A program made the position numbers and the translations under genes. A stretch of 43,938 bases of DNA. It comes from Candidatus Niyogibacteria bacterium. Lineage in GTDB: Bacteria; Patescibacteriota; Minisyncoccia; 1-14-0-10-42-19. Numbering within the stretch: position 1 is the first letter of the stretch; each line of letters begins with the position of its first letter. The stretch covers positions 1 through 43,938 of the forward strand of contig JACQLG010000063.1 in assembly GCA_016204155.1 (NCBI GenBank), written 5' to 3'. This document shows, one piece after another, positions 16,751-26,225 of the stretch. Below the pieces are notes generated by a model, which made no database searches, was not told the DNA's origin, and was given only the letters and a program-made list of their open reading frames with translations.

Positions 16751-18667
16751 TTATTCATCTTCATCATAGTCGACTGTGATGAAGGGAGATGGCGCTTGGA
16801 ACGGGTCAGAGGGAAATTCTGTAGCTTCATCACCGGATGTTTCAGTACGAGGCGACTCCTCGTCTTTCGCATCCGATTTCTCTGATTTCGGGCGGTAACG
16901 GCGTGGCTGTAAATACGATGGTGCATCCTCCCGCTTAATGCCTTTTTTACGACAATAGGCATCAAGCAGAAAGTAAAGTGCTGGATCCGGTACTTCAGAA
17001 AAACTAGATACAACACCGAGCTTCATTCGAAGCCTCTTCTCGGTATCAGAGTCAGACCCATATAGTTTTTCCACCAGTTGCAGTGTTGCTGCATCTGACG
17101 TTCCGTTTGAGCGTTTAAAGACAAAAGCTAAGGGTCTTTTTTCATCATCATGAGAAATCCCAAAAACGATGAAAGTTCCTTCTTCTGTCCCTTCAAGCAC
17201 AGCGATAAAATCCTGCGTTTGATACGCTTCTTCTGCCCGTTCAATTACCCAACCGAGTTCAAAGCGCTCGTTTTTGCGCTGTAAGGCTTTAATAACTGGC
17301 TTCTGCAATTCCTCAACAGGTCTATATTCACCCGGTTTGGGCAATCCGTTGCAGATCGTTTCGCGCTCATCCTTGTCTTCTGGAAATGCGACAGTATAGC
17401 CGCCCTTTCCATCGGCGTCAAAACGAAAACGTCTTTTTCGGCTCACCTTATCAAGCCCGTCCCAGCCTTCAATTGATACTGGGCACTGTCCGGCTACTTT
17501 CCCGGTCAGCAACTGTTCAAAGGTAATGGGGCTTGAGAGCTTTTTCCAACTGATGAACCTGTCAAGTTCTTTCCTGAACTCCCTCCGATCCTTCAGCTCT
17601 TTTAAGTGGATTTGGATACTCTCTCGGATAAGGCTGTTTCTTATATCTTCAATGCCTTTCTTGCCGACATCAAAGAATATAGAGAACTGTCCGCGCCACG
17701 ACCCATTCGGATCATTCTGTCGTGGTCCGAACATACGTCCTAAAAGATGCTCGTCGGTCTTCATGACTTTCAGTTCTACCTGATTAATCCTCTGCTTCCT
17801 TCTCCCGATTTCTATTAGGTTCACATCAAGACCCACGAGTAAACGACCATAAAAGATTAGTTGGCCTTCTTTTTCCCGTTTTAAGGGAAGAATATAGACG
17901 CCGATAACCCCGAGCTGATCGGTCTTGCCCAATACTACCGACTCAAATGTTTCAGACGAAATCAATCTTGGGTACTTTTCGGATCCCAAGACGTAGGGCT
18001 CGATCTTTTTGCGATAGGCCTCTTCCTCCTGCCTTTCGGCTTCTTCAACGGGAGCAAGAAAATCCTGTATCAGCACATCCTCTACAATCGCGCGCAGGAA
18101 CCTGTCTTTCGCGTAATCAGGATGGATCATAAACGCTTTGCCATCCCAACTGAATGAAAAGGCATCAAGATGATCCTTTTCATCTGCCAAAACCAGGAAA
18201 CCCTTCTCACGCCAGGCTTCTACCACCTTATCAATCGCCTGGCCATATTCGGCTTGTAGGCCGATTCTGAAATCGGGTAAATGATCTGTCTCCTTTATAA
18301 GAATATCATCTACCATTTTGCGGAATCCGCTCCGTAGCATGGCAAGACGAGGAATACTCGGATGTTTTGCAACAATCTCCGTCTCCGTCTCCTTAATCTT
18401 CTTTAGCTGCTCCTCGATTTCTAAAATCGAGTTTTGTATCCTCTTTTCAGAGATCTCGCGCTCTGTTTCTTGCAACAGACCGCGCAACTCCTCGATCTCG
18501 GCCTCATAATCCCTCTCTTCCTTATACAAATCAGCCAAAAAACTGATCCATCCCTCGGTCCTTTCTGTTGCCAAGGCTCTCCTCTGTGCTGAGTCCTCTT
18601 CCAACAGCCGTTTCCGTGCGGCTTGGATCCTTTCTTCTAATGTTTCTTCTTGCTTCTGTTCCACCAT
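16751..18667 (-). CDS. Hypothetical protein with N-terminal coiled coil and acidic disordered tail
   Basis: 638-aa ORF, SD AAGGAGGTG, E/K/R heptad-like N-terminus; no family recognised. Confidence 0.75.
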   Translation of the reverse strand: MVEQKQEETLEERIQAARKRLLEEDSAQRRALATERTEGWISFLADLYKEERDYEAEIEELRGLLQETEREISEKRIQNSILEIEEQLKKIKETETEIVAKHPSIPRLAMLRSGFRKMVDDILIKETDHLPDFRIGLQAEYGQAIDKVVEAWREKGFLVLADEKDHLDAFSFSWDGKAFMIHPDYAKDRFLRAIVEDVLIQDFLAPVEEAERQEEEAYRKKIEPYVLGSEKYPRLISSETFESVVLGKTDQLGVIGVYILPLKREKEGQLIFYGRLLVGLDVNLIEIGRRKQRINQVELKVMKTDEHLLGRMFGPRQNDPNGSWRGQFSIFFDVGKKGIEDIRNSLIRESIQIHLKELKDRREFRKELDRFISWKKLSSPITFEQLLTGKVAGQCPVSIEGWDGLDKVSRKRRFRFDADGKGGYTVAFPEDKDERETICNGLPKPGEYRPVEELQKPVIKALQRKNERFELGWVIERAEEAYQTQDFIAVLEGTEEGTFIVFGISHDDEKRPLAFVFKRSNGTSDAATLQLVEKLYGSDSDTEKRLRMKLGVVSSFSEVPDPALYFLLDAYCRKKGIKREDAPSYLQPRRYRPKSEKSDAKDEESPRTETSGDEATEFPSDPFQAPSPFITVDYDEDE

Positions 18668-18742
18668 GGAACACCTCCTTGTAAAATTAGATTTTTACTT
18701 CTGTGCACTAAAACCAAAAAACGTTACAACACTCCTGGAATA

Positions 18743-18770
18743 CTTAATCTATCCAGCTTAATCTATCCAG
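18743..18770. repeat. Perfect 14-bp tandem duplication
   Basis: CTTAATCTATCCAG x2. Confidence 0.9.
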
Positions 18771-18836
18771 ATCACCTCCTTGCTTATTGATTTTTTAGAT
18801 TTTTTATACTCAAAGACCTAGCTTAAAATCCCCCCT

Positions 18837-18864
18837 ATTATACAGCAATAATAGAAAATGTCAA
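18837..18864 (-). promoter_or_regulatory. Sigma70 promoter for the 638-aa gene
   Basis: Minus strand TTGACA-16nt-TATAAT. Confidence 0.65.
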
Positions 18865-18921
18865 CCCTCGCTGACAAATAATATAGAAAGCAGAGAACCA
18901 AAGGGGCAATATAAACAACAT

Positions 18922-18945
18922 AAAAAGGCCTTCGGAAGAAGGCCT
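18922..18945 (-). terminator. Intrinsic terminator after the dehydrogenase
   Basis: AGGCCTTC-4nt-GAAGGCCT with a U tract on the minus strand. Confidence 0.7.
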
Positions 18946-18948
18946 GAT

Positions 18949-20025
18949 TTAGTTCAAAGCAGCTAGTTTTTCTTGGTAGATCTTCTCTGCAGTTCTGTGA
19001 GCGGGCAGATTTTTTTTCTCGCTGTGATCAAAAATCGTTTCGAGCGCTTTTGGAATCTCTTCGAAAATAGTATGCAGCAATGCGCCGTGGTTATATCCCC
19101 CGTTGAGCGTTTCAAAATAAACTTTCCGTAAGCCGCCCGAATTAATAATATAATCCGGAGCGTACAAAATGCCCTTTTGATGCAATGCGTCGCCATCTTC
19201 CATGGAAAGCAGCGCATTATTTGCAGAACCGGCTACAATTCGATATTGCGCTTCTGCAATTGTGATTCCGCCGAGGGAACAGGGGACAAAAACATCAACA
19301 TGACTTGCAAAAATTTCTTCTATAGAAACAACAGAACAACTTCCACCAAATTCTGCCGAAGCTCTTTTTGTTTTCTCTTGATCAATATCTGCAATAACTA
19401 ACCTGCCGCCTGCCTGATGGATAAAACGCGCAATGGGGTAGCCGGTTTTCCCTAGCCCCTGAACCGCAAATGAACGGCCTTCGCATGAATTGCAGCCGAA
19501 AACTCTACGAAGGCAAACCCGAATCCCTTCAAATACCCCAAGAGCAGTCATTTGAGATGTTAAATCAGAAATATTGGAAAGATCAGGGAAAGGCATCTCA
19601 TCAATGTTATTTGCCAATCCCGCAATATGCCTCGTGTATTTTGCAACCTCAAAGGCGTCAGGATAATGAAATCCAGCATCTTCCGCAGTAACGTATTGGC
19701 CCCCGAGCGCATTAATACATTCGGCAATAAATTGATATAAAGCTTCGTTTTTATCACAATCAGGGTTTGCAATAAGTACCCCCTTTGCCCCGCCTACGGG
19801 CAAATTCGCCATAACGGCTTTCCGCGTCATTCCTGCAGACAGACGCAAAACATCCGTCCTTGCCGCATGAAAAGTCGGGTATGGGTAAATACGAAATCCA
19901 CCTATAGTCCTTCCCTGAATCTTTCTATGAATAGCGATGATCGCTGATTTATTTACCTTTTTATTAAAAAAGACCGCTTCAAGCTCATGACCATCGAACT
20001 CTGGATTTAGATACGCATATGGCAT
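18949..20025 (-). CDS. Glu/Leu/Phe/Val dehydrogenase family (leucine dehydrogenase-like)
   Basis: GGFRIYPY, MTRK, GGAKGV, YVTAED, TALGVF, VQGLGKTG, AGSANN, YAPDYIINSGG. Confidence 0.9.
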   Translation of the reverse strand: MPYAYLNPEFDGHELEAVFFNKKVNKSAIIAIHRKIQGRTIGGFRIYPYPTFHAARTDVLRLSAGMTRKAVMANLPVGGAKGVLIANPDCDKNEALYQFIAECINALGGQYVTAEDAGFHYPDAFEVAKYTRHIAGLANNIDEMPFPDLSNISDLTSQMTALGVFEGIRVCLRRVFGCNSCEGRSFAVQGLGKTGYPIARFIHQAGGRLVIADIDQEKTKRASAEFGGSCSVVSIEEIFASHVDVFVPCSLGGITIAEAQYRIVAGSANNALLSMEDGDALHQKGILYAPDYIINSGGLRKVYFETLNGGYNHGALLHTIFEEIPKALETIFDHSEKKNLPAHRTAEKIYQEKLAALN

Positions 20026-20173
20026 TGAATACCTCCCCGGAATACATCTTTTGCAAAAAATTTTAAAATAAATCCATAGATAGTTTATACGAAATAGGCA
20101 GAAAAATCAAGGTATGAAAATCTTTGATTTTTAGGGATTTTTAAGATATCATAACCGATATTGGAGCAATGTT

Positions 20174-20254
20174 GCCGAGGTGGTGGAATGGCAGACACGC
20201 ACGACTCAAAATCGTGTGCCGCAAGGCATGAGGGTCCGACTCCCTCCCTCGGCA
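20174..20254 (+). tRNA. tRNA-Leu(CAA)
   Basis: GCCGAGG...CACGA-CT[CAA]AA-TCGTG, long variable arm TGCCGCAAGGCA, T arm GAGGG-TCCGACT-CCCTC, 3' CCTCGGCA. Confidence 0.9.
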
Positions 20255-20302
20255 TTCAAAATCTTCTTTTGCAAATTAAAGACAATTTGCTATTCTAAAA
20301 AG

Positions 20303-21397
20303 ATGCCGAATGACTACCCTATACAACCGGATACCAGCGGCAGCATTTTTTCGGTGGAAACCGACCGGATAAAGCCGAATCCGCACCAGCCGCGGCGCGA
20401 ATTCGACGAGCAAAAATTAAAGGAACTTGCCGATTCAATACGCGCATACGGCATTTTGCAGCCGCTTGTTGTGATACGCCAAGAGATTGAAGTGCCTACA
20501 GGCACTAAAGTGGAATACGAGCTTATCGCTGGAGAACGGAGGTTGAGAGCCGCAAAACTCGCGGGAATCGCAAAAGTTCCCGTTATCATCCGTCAAGAGC
20601 CGCCGGAACGCATTAAGCTTGAAATCGCATTAATAGAAAATGTCCAACGCGAAGATTTAAATCCCATAGAACGCGCAGAAGCATTTAAACAGCTCTTGAA
20701 TAATTTTGGCTTGAAGCAGAAAGAGATAGCTGATCGCATCGGCAAATCGCGCGAATTCATCGCAAATTCCATCAGGATATTAACGCTTCCTAACACGATA
20801 AAAGAAGCACTGATCGCACGCCGGATATCAGAAGGCCATACAAGACCTCTTTTAATGCTTGATGACCGGCCAGAAGAACAAAGCCGAATGCTGGATGAGA
20901 TTATTTTCAAAAAATTAAACGTGCGGGAGAGCGAAAAGCTCGCACGGCGCGTTGCGGCTGATCGCGCGCGGAAAAGAGAGCCGTATTTCGATCCAAAAGT
21001 AAAACAAATGGAAACAATACTTTCGGATGCCTTGGGCACGCGCGTATCCATTGAACGCAAAGGGCCGGGAGGCCGCATTTTCATTGATTTCTTCTCACCC
21101 GAAGACCTGCATATTCTTCTTACAAAGGTAACGCATCAGGAGATTGCGCCCGAGATCTTAATCCCGCCGGATCATTTCAAAGAATTTGAAAAAGAGCGCG
21201 AGAAAACATCACTGTCCGAACACGAAAAGGCACACATACAGCCTGATGGGAAAGATGTTTCCGAAATAGCAACAGCAGAGACGCATGGAGAAAATGAATC
21301 ATCTTCGTCTCCTGGACAACACGAAGCGTTGTCCATTAAAGATACTGAGGATGAAGGGCAAGCAACAGACGAAGACCTCAAACATTTTTCTATTTAG
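20303..21397 (+). CDS. parB: ParB/Spo0J chromosome partitioning protein
   Basis: PNPHQPRREF, GILQPL, IAGERRLRA, ENVQREDLNPIE, HTH. The track start (20180) lies inside the tRNA, so ATG 20303 is used. Confidence 0.93.
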   Translation: MPNDYPIQPDTSGSIFSVETDRIKPNPHQPRREFDEQKLKELADSIRAYGILQPLVVIRQEIEVPTGTKVEYELIAGERRLRAAKLAGIAKVPVIIRQEPPERIKLEIALIENVQREDLNPIERAEAFKQLLNNFGLKQKEIADRIGKSREFIANSIRILTLPNTIKEALIARRISEGHTRPLLMLDDRPEEQSRMLDEIIFKKLNVRESEKLARRVAADRARKREPYFDPKVKQMETILSDALGTRVSIERKGPGGRIFIDFFSPEDLHILLTKVTHQEIAPEILIPPDHFKEFEKEREKTSLSEHEKAHIQPDGKDVSEIATAETHGENESSSSPGQHEALSIKDTEDEGQATDEDLKHFSI

Positions 21398-23121
21398 ATC
21401 GTACGTTCTCTCCTACCTATCTTGACTGATTGCACGCCTTTGACGCGTTTAATGCGGGCGCGCACCCGATGAATGTCGTCTTTGCTATGCGGAATAAAAC
21501 TAATTTTTATTGAGGCGTATGCATTATCCCCTCTCACATGGCTTTCAATATCTTTAATGCTGATGCCGGAAGACGCAATGGCGGAAGAAACATCTTTAAG
21601 TATCCCCACCCGATCCTCAATCTCGACTACAATTTCTATTGGCTCCTGCTTGCGTAACAATATCTTCCCTGTCTGTTCGCGAACATACCGCCTAATGTGA
21701 TTGCGCGCCATGGATGTTTTTACAAAAGTAAGCCATTCGCGCGACGGATGCTGGTTTTTCTTCGTAAGTATCTCAACCACGTCCCCGGAATGTAATTCGG
21801 CATCAAACGAACTCATTTTGCCGTTCACTTTTGCTCCCACCGCATGATCCCCGATCTCCGAATGGATATGGTATGCAAAATCAATTGAAGTAGCTCCTTC
21901 CGGCAAATCAATAACATCACCCTTAGGCGTCAAAACAAAAATACGGTCTTTAAAAAAATCAATCTTTAATGACTCCAGAAAATCTTCGGAATTCATTTTT
22001 CCTTTCCGGAACGAACTCTGCCATTCCTTGAGTTGCGCGACCCAGGCAAGTTTTGGATTAATGGACGCGCCTTCTTTCGGCTTTCCTGCATGCTCCCACA
22101 TCCAGTGCGCCGCAATTCCAAATTCCGCTTCCTTATGCATTTCTTCAGTCCTGATCTGAAATTCAACAATCTGGCCATCAATACAGAAGACGGTCGTATG
22201 GAGGGACTGATAGCCGTTCGGTTTCGGAAGCGCTATGTAATCTTTAATGCGCCCGGGCAGGGGTTTCCAATGCTTGTGGATCAAGCCGAGAACGCCATAC
22301 GCGTCATTCACATCATGAATGATAATGCGAACCGCCACCAAATCAAAAATGCGCTCCCAATCCATGTCATAACGCTGAAGCTTTTTCCATAAACTATAAT
22401 AATGCTTTGCCCGCGCATGAATTTCAAGCGCTTTAATTCCTTCACGATTCAATTCTTTTTTGATAATCGGCATTACGCGCTCAAGATATATCTCGCGTTC
22501 AGGCAGGCGTTTTTTAACTTCTTCCTCAATCCAGAAGTATTCATCGGGATAGACGTAGCGAAACGCTAAATCCTCCAGTTGCGCTTTTATTTCCCCCATT
22601 CCCAGCCGATCAGCAACCGACGCATAAATATCAAGAGTTTCTTTTGCGATACGTTCGCGCTTTTCAGGATACGGCAAGGATGAAAGCGTTTCCATATTAT
22701 GAAGACGGTCGCAAAGCTTAATAATAACCACTCGAACGTCTTTTGCGACTGCGAGGAACATTTTACGCATCGACTCAACCGTACGTTCAACGCCATGGTA
22801 TCTCAGCTTGTCAACTTTCGTAACACCGTCAACCAAAAATGCGATATTTTCTCCAAATCTCTTCCGGATTTCTTTCAACTCTGCGCCCTTATCTTCTACC
22901 GTGTCATGAAGCAGGGCTGCCGCGATCGTTTGCGAGTCTAATCCTATTTCGGCAACTTTCAACGAAACCGCTATGGGATGCAGGATATAATCATCTCCCG
23001 AATGGCGCTTCTGTCTTTCATGCGCCTTAGTCGCATATAAAAAAGCAGCCTCAAGGAGGTTAAGATCTTCTTTTGAAAAATGCGATTTCGGCAATTGTTT
23101 TTTATATTCAATCCATGTCAT
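21394..23121 (-). CDS. spoT: RelA/SpoT homologue (HD hydrolase, synthetase, TGS, ACT)
   Basis: LLHDTVED, KLCDRLHNM, YQSLHT, EFQIRT, TPKGD/DFAYHIH TGS, C-terminal ACT DRVGILKDV. Confidence 0.92.
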   Translation of the reverse strand: MTWIEYKKQLPKSHFSKEDLNLLEAAFLYATKAHERQKRHSGDDYILHPIAVSLKVAEIGLDSQTIAAALLHDTVEDKGAELKEIRKRFGENIAFLVDGVTKVDKLRYHGVERTVESMRKMFLAVAKDVRVVIIKLCDRLHNMETLSSLPYPEKRERIAKETLDIYASVADRLGMGEIKAQLEDLAFRYVYPDEYFWIEEEVKKRLPEREIYLERVMPIIKKELNREGIKALEIHARAKHYYSLWKKLQRYDMDWERIFDLVAVRIIIHDVNDAYGVLGLIHKHWKPLPGRIKDYIALPKPNGYQSLHTTVFCIDGQIVEFQIRTEEMHKEAEFGIAAHWMWEHAGKPKEGASINPKLAWVAQLKEWQSSFRKGKMNSEDFLESLKIDFFKDRIFVLTPKGDVIDLPEGATSIDFAYHIHSEIGDHAVGAKVNGKMSSFDAELHSGDVVEILTKKNQHPSREWLTFVKTSMARNHIRRYVREQTGKILLRKQEPIEIVVEIEDRVGILKDVSSAIASSGISIKDIESHVRGDNAYASIKISFIPHSKDDIHRVRARIKRVKGVQSVKIGRRERTI

Positions 23122-25273
23122 AATTTTTTTTCTCCTCTTTATAGCGGCAATCTTTATTAGAACATTTAATTCCATTCTTTAATCCCACCAATGCGCTGCT
23201 GCATTGCGGGCACATCTTCCCCGTCGGCTTCTGCCATACGGCGAAATCGCAGTCGGGATAGCGTGAACAGCCATAAAATACACGACGCTTGCGCGTTCTC
23301 CGCTCCACTACATCTCCTTCTTTGCATTTCGGACATTTAATATTGAGCGGTTCTGCAGGGATCGCTTTTGTAAATTTGCAGCCGGGAAAACCGGAACACG
23401 AAATGAACTTCCCAAACCGCCCGTGGCGTATCATTAATTTTTTCCCGCATTCGGGGCAATTCTCATCAAGCGCTTCGGTCATATCTTCTTTTACGACCGT
23501 TTCATATTTTTCTTGAAGGTCCTTTGCAAACGGTTCATAAAAATTTCTGATAATAGCGTGCCATTCTTTCTCTCCTTCTGCTATTTCGTCGAGTTGCTGT
23601 TCCATCTCCGCCGTAAATTCTATATCAACGATTTGGGGAAAATGTTTAACCAATATCGCGCTTACTTTTTCGCCTATCTCGGTCGGCTCAAATTGCTTTT
23701 GATCGTTCTTAACGACATAATGCCGGTCCTGGATCGTTGACATAGTCGGCGCATACGTTGATGGCCGTCCTATACCGAATTTTTCAAGCGTCTTAATGAG
23801 GGATGCCTCTGTGAACCGCGGAGGCGGCTGGGTTTGACGCTCATCATCTATGAGCTCATGAAGGACCAGCGCGGTTCTTGGTTCAAGCGCCGGGAGAAAC
23901 GTGTCATCTTTTTTTGTCGGCGTAATTCTTAAAAATCCGTCAAACCGAAGGATGCTGCCTGCCGTTCGGAATTCATAAGAATGCGTTTTATCTGCCGCGT
24001 GCGCTGCGATCACGAATAATGTCTGTTCAAATTCCGCTTCTTTCATCTGGCTTGCAACAAATCTTTTCCAGATAAGCGAGTAAAGTCTGAACTGATCCGA
24101 TGTTACATTATCTTTAATATCATTCGGCAGAAGATCTACACTCACCGGACGAATCGCTTCATGCGCTTCTTGCGCGCCCTTTGCCTTTCTCGTAAATATC
24201 CTGGGATGTTCCGGGACGTAATCGGCGCCATATGCCTCTTTGATATGATGACGCAGCGCGCCGAGCGCTTCCTCTGCGACACTCAGAGAGTCTGTCCGCA
24301 TATACGTGATAAGGCCGGTCGCGCCCCCTTTTTTTAATTCTATTCCCTCATATAACTGCTGGGCTATGAGCATGGTTTTTTTAGAAGAAAAGCGAAGACG
24401 GGACCATGCGGCCTGCTGCAGTGTTGCTGTGGTAAACGGAGGCGACGGCTGTTGAAAGCGCTTCTTTTTTTCTACTTTTGCGATAGTAAACGAGTCCCGA
24501 TCAATGCGCCCAATCGCCTCGTTCACGATCTTTCTTTCTGTAATGCCGGGCTTCTCTATTGCTATTTCATCAATCGCAAAAAGGACCGCTTGAAAATGGG
24601 TGCATGCATTGCCGCTATCGGAACACCCTTTTTTTTGAAGATCTGCGGCAAGTACCCAGAACGTCTGCGGTTTAAAATTCCTGATTTCATTCTCCCGCTC
24701 CACAACCAAACGGAGCGCGACTGACTGTACACGGCCCGCGGAAAGGCCACGCGTTATCTTTTTCCATAAAAAGGGCGAAAGCTTATAGCCTACTAAACGA
24801 TCAAGAACGCGTCGCGCTTGCTGTGCTGCCACCAAATCATTATTAATGCCCCGGGGATGCCGCAATGCCTCCTTGATTGCTTTTTTGGTTATCTCATGAA
24901 AAACAATGCGCTCAATATTTTTAACCTTCCCTCGATCTGACCCCTGGACGAAGGTTGATTTTTTATTTTTGCCCTGACTCAAGCCAAGGGCATGAATAAG
25001 ATGCCACGCGATCGCTTCTCCTTCGCGGTCTTCATCGGTTGCAAGTATTATCGTATCCGCCTTCTGCGAAAGTGCTTTTAATTTTCTTATAATCGGCTGA
25101 ACTTTGCGCGGAACAACATATTGAGGTTCAAAATTATTTTCCACATCAACGCCTAACGTATAGGAGGGAAGATCACGAATATGACCATACGAAGATTCTA
25201 CGGTATATTCTTTGCCAAGAAAACGAGCTATGGTCCTTGATTTAGTTGGGGATTCTACGATTACTAATTTCAT
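23108..25273 (-). CDS. topA: DNA topoisomerase I
   Basis: LVIVESPTK, ATDEDREGE, SAGRVQS, ITYMRTDS, GIGRPSTY, C-terminal Zn ribbons. Confidence 0.97.
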   Translation of the reverse strand: MKLVIVESPTKSRTIARFLGKEYTVESSYGHIRDLPSYTLGVDVENNFEPQYVVPRKVQPIIRKLKALSQKADTIILATDEDREGEAIAWHLIHALGLSQGKNKKSTFVQGSDRGKVKNIERIVFHEITKKAIKEALRHPRGINNDLVAAQQARRVLDRLVGYKLSPFLWKKITRGLSAGRVQSVALRLVVERENEIRNFKPQTFWVLAADLQKKGCSDSGNACTHFQAVLFAIDEIAIEKPGITERKIVNEAIGRIDRDSFTIAKVEKKKRFQQPSPPFTTATLQQAAWSRLRFSSKKTMLIAQQLYEGIELKKGGATGLITYMRTDSLSVAEEALGALRHHIKEAYGADYVPEHPRIFTRKAKGAQEAHEAIRPVSVDLLPNDIKDNVTSDQFRLYSLIWKRFVASQMKEAEFEQTLFVIAAHAADKTHSYEFRTAGSILRFDGFLRITPTKKDDTFLPALEPRTALVLHELIDDERQTQPPPRFTEASLIKTLEKFGIGRPSTYAPTMSTIQDRHYVVKNDQKQFEPTEIGEKVSAILVKHFPQIVDIEFTAEMEQQLDEIAEGEKEWHAIIRNFYEPFAKDLQEKYETVVKEDMTEALDENCPECGKKLMIRHGRFGKFISCSGFPGCKFTKAIPAEPLNIKCPKCKEGDVVERRTRKRRVFYGCSRYPDCDFAVWQKPTGKMCPQCSSALVGLKNGIKCSNKDCRYKEEKKNYDMD

Positions 25274-26124
25274 ATCTTATAAAATAAGCCGTCTTTATTT
25301 TTGATCGCCCCTGCGATCTCAAGCGCGCTTAAATGAATATTAAGCTCCTGCATTGAACATTGTATCAAATCTCCTAATTCATCAGCTGTTTTCGGTGCCG
25401 CAAGCGAATGGAGAATATGGTGCTCTATTTCATCAATCTTGTCAAGATTTGGCTTTTTTTTCTCTACCCCCAAAAGCTCTAACACATCTCCAGCGTCCTG
25501 AATAAGAGCTGCGCCCTCTTTTAATAAAGAATGCGTGCCTTTCGAATTAATAGACCGCGCCTCTCCCGGCACCGCGCCGACATCGCGGTTTGCGTCAAGC
25601 GCCAAGCGCGCAGTAATTAATGCTCCGCTTCGTTCTGCGGCCTCTACAATAATAGTTGCTTGACTCAGGCCTGCTATAATACGGTTTCGTTCAGGAAACG
25701 TCCATTTTGTAGCATTTGCCTTCCCGCCATATTCAGAAATGACCAACCCATTATTACGTAAAATATCTTCCGCAAGCTTCCTATTGATAGCCGGCTGGAT
25801 ATTTTCAATCCCGGAGCCAAGTACTGCCCATGTCGTCCCCCCGCCCCCTAAAGCGCCTCTGTGCGCCTGCGCATCAATACCCATCGCAAGACCGCTTACA
25901 ATAATGGCGCCTTCAAGCGCCAGATCTCGCGCAAGCATAAACGCCATCTCCATGCCATACGATGTTGCGCGGCGCGAACCGACAATCGCGACAATTGGCA
26001 CTTTTTGTTCATATGCATTTTTTAACGATTCTGGGACGCCACGAACATACAACTGTTTCGGCGCCTGCGCAATTTCTTTCAGAAGCGCGGGATATTCTTT
26101 ATCTTGTAATGCAATCTTCCGCAT
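25270..26124 (-). CDS. dprA: DNA-processing protein DprA
   Basis: AIVGSRRAT, VSGLAMGID, FPERNRIIAGLS, SGALITA; ATGA overlap with topA. Confidence 0.95.
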   Translation of the reverse strand: MRKIALQDKEYPALLKEIAQAPKQLYVRGVPESLKNAYEQKVPIVAIVGSRRATSYGMEMAFMLARDLALEGAIIVSGLAMGIDAQAHRGALGGGGTTWAVLGSGIENIQPAINRKLAEDILRNNGLVISEYGGKANATKWTFPERNRIIAGLSQATIIVEAAERSGALITARLALDANRDVGAVPGEARSINSKGTHSLLKEGAALIQDAGDVLELLGVEKKKPNLDKIDEIEHHILHSLAAPKTADELGDLIQCSMQELNIHLSALEIAGAIKNKDGLFYKI

Positions 26125-26225
26125 TTTTTTATGATAATAAGTTTTTAGCAAAACACAAAATCACCCTTGATGTTTGATATCACAAATGATATAAAGTAAA
26201 AAAAGAATGAAAATGGAGGAAATGT

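Noticed and set aside
20180..20302. N-terminal extension of ParB in the ORF track
   Set aside because: It overlaps tRNA-Leu(CAA); a promoter and ATG at 20303 fit better.
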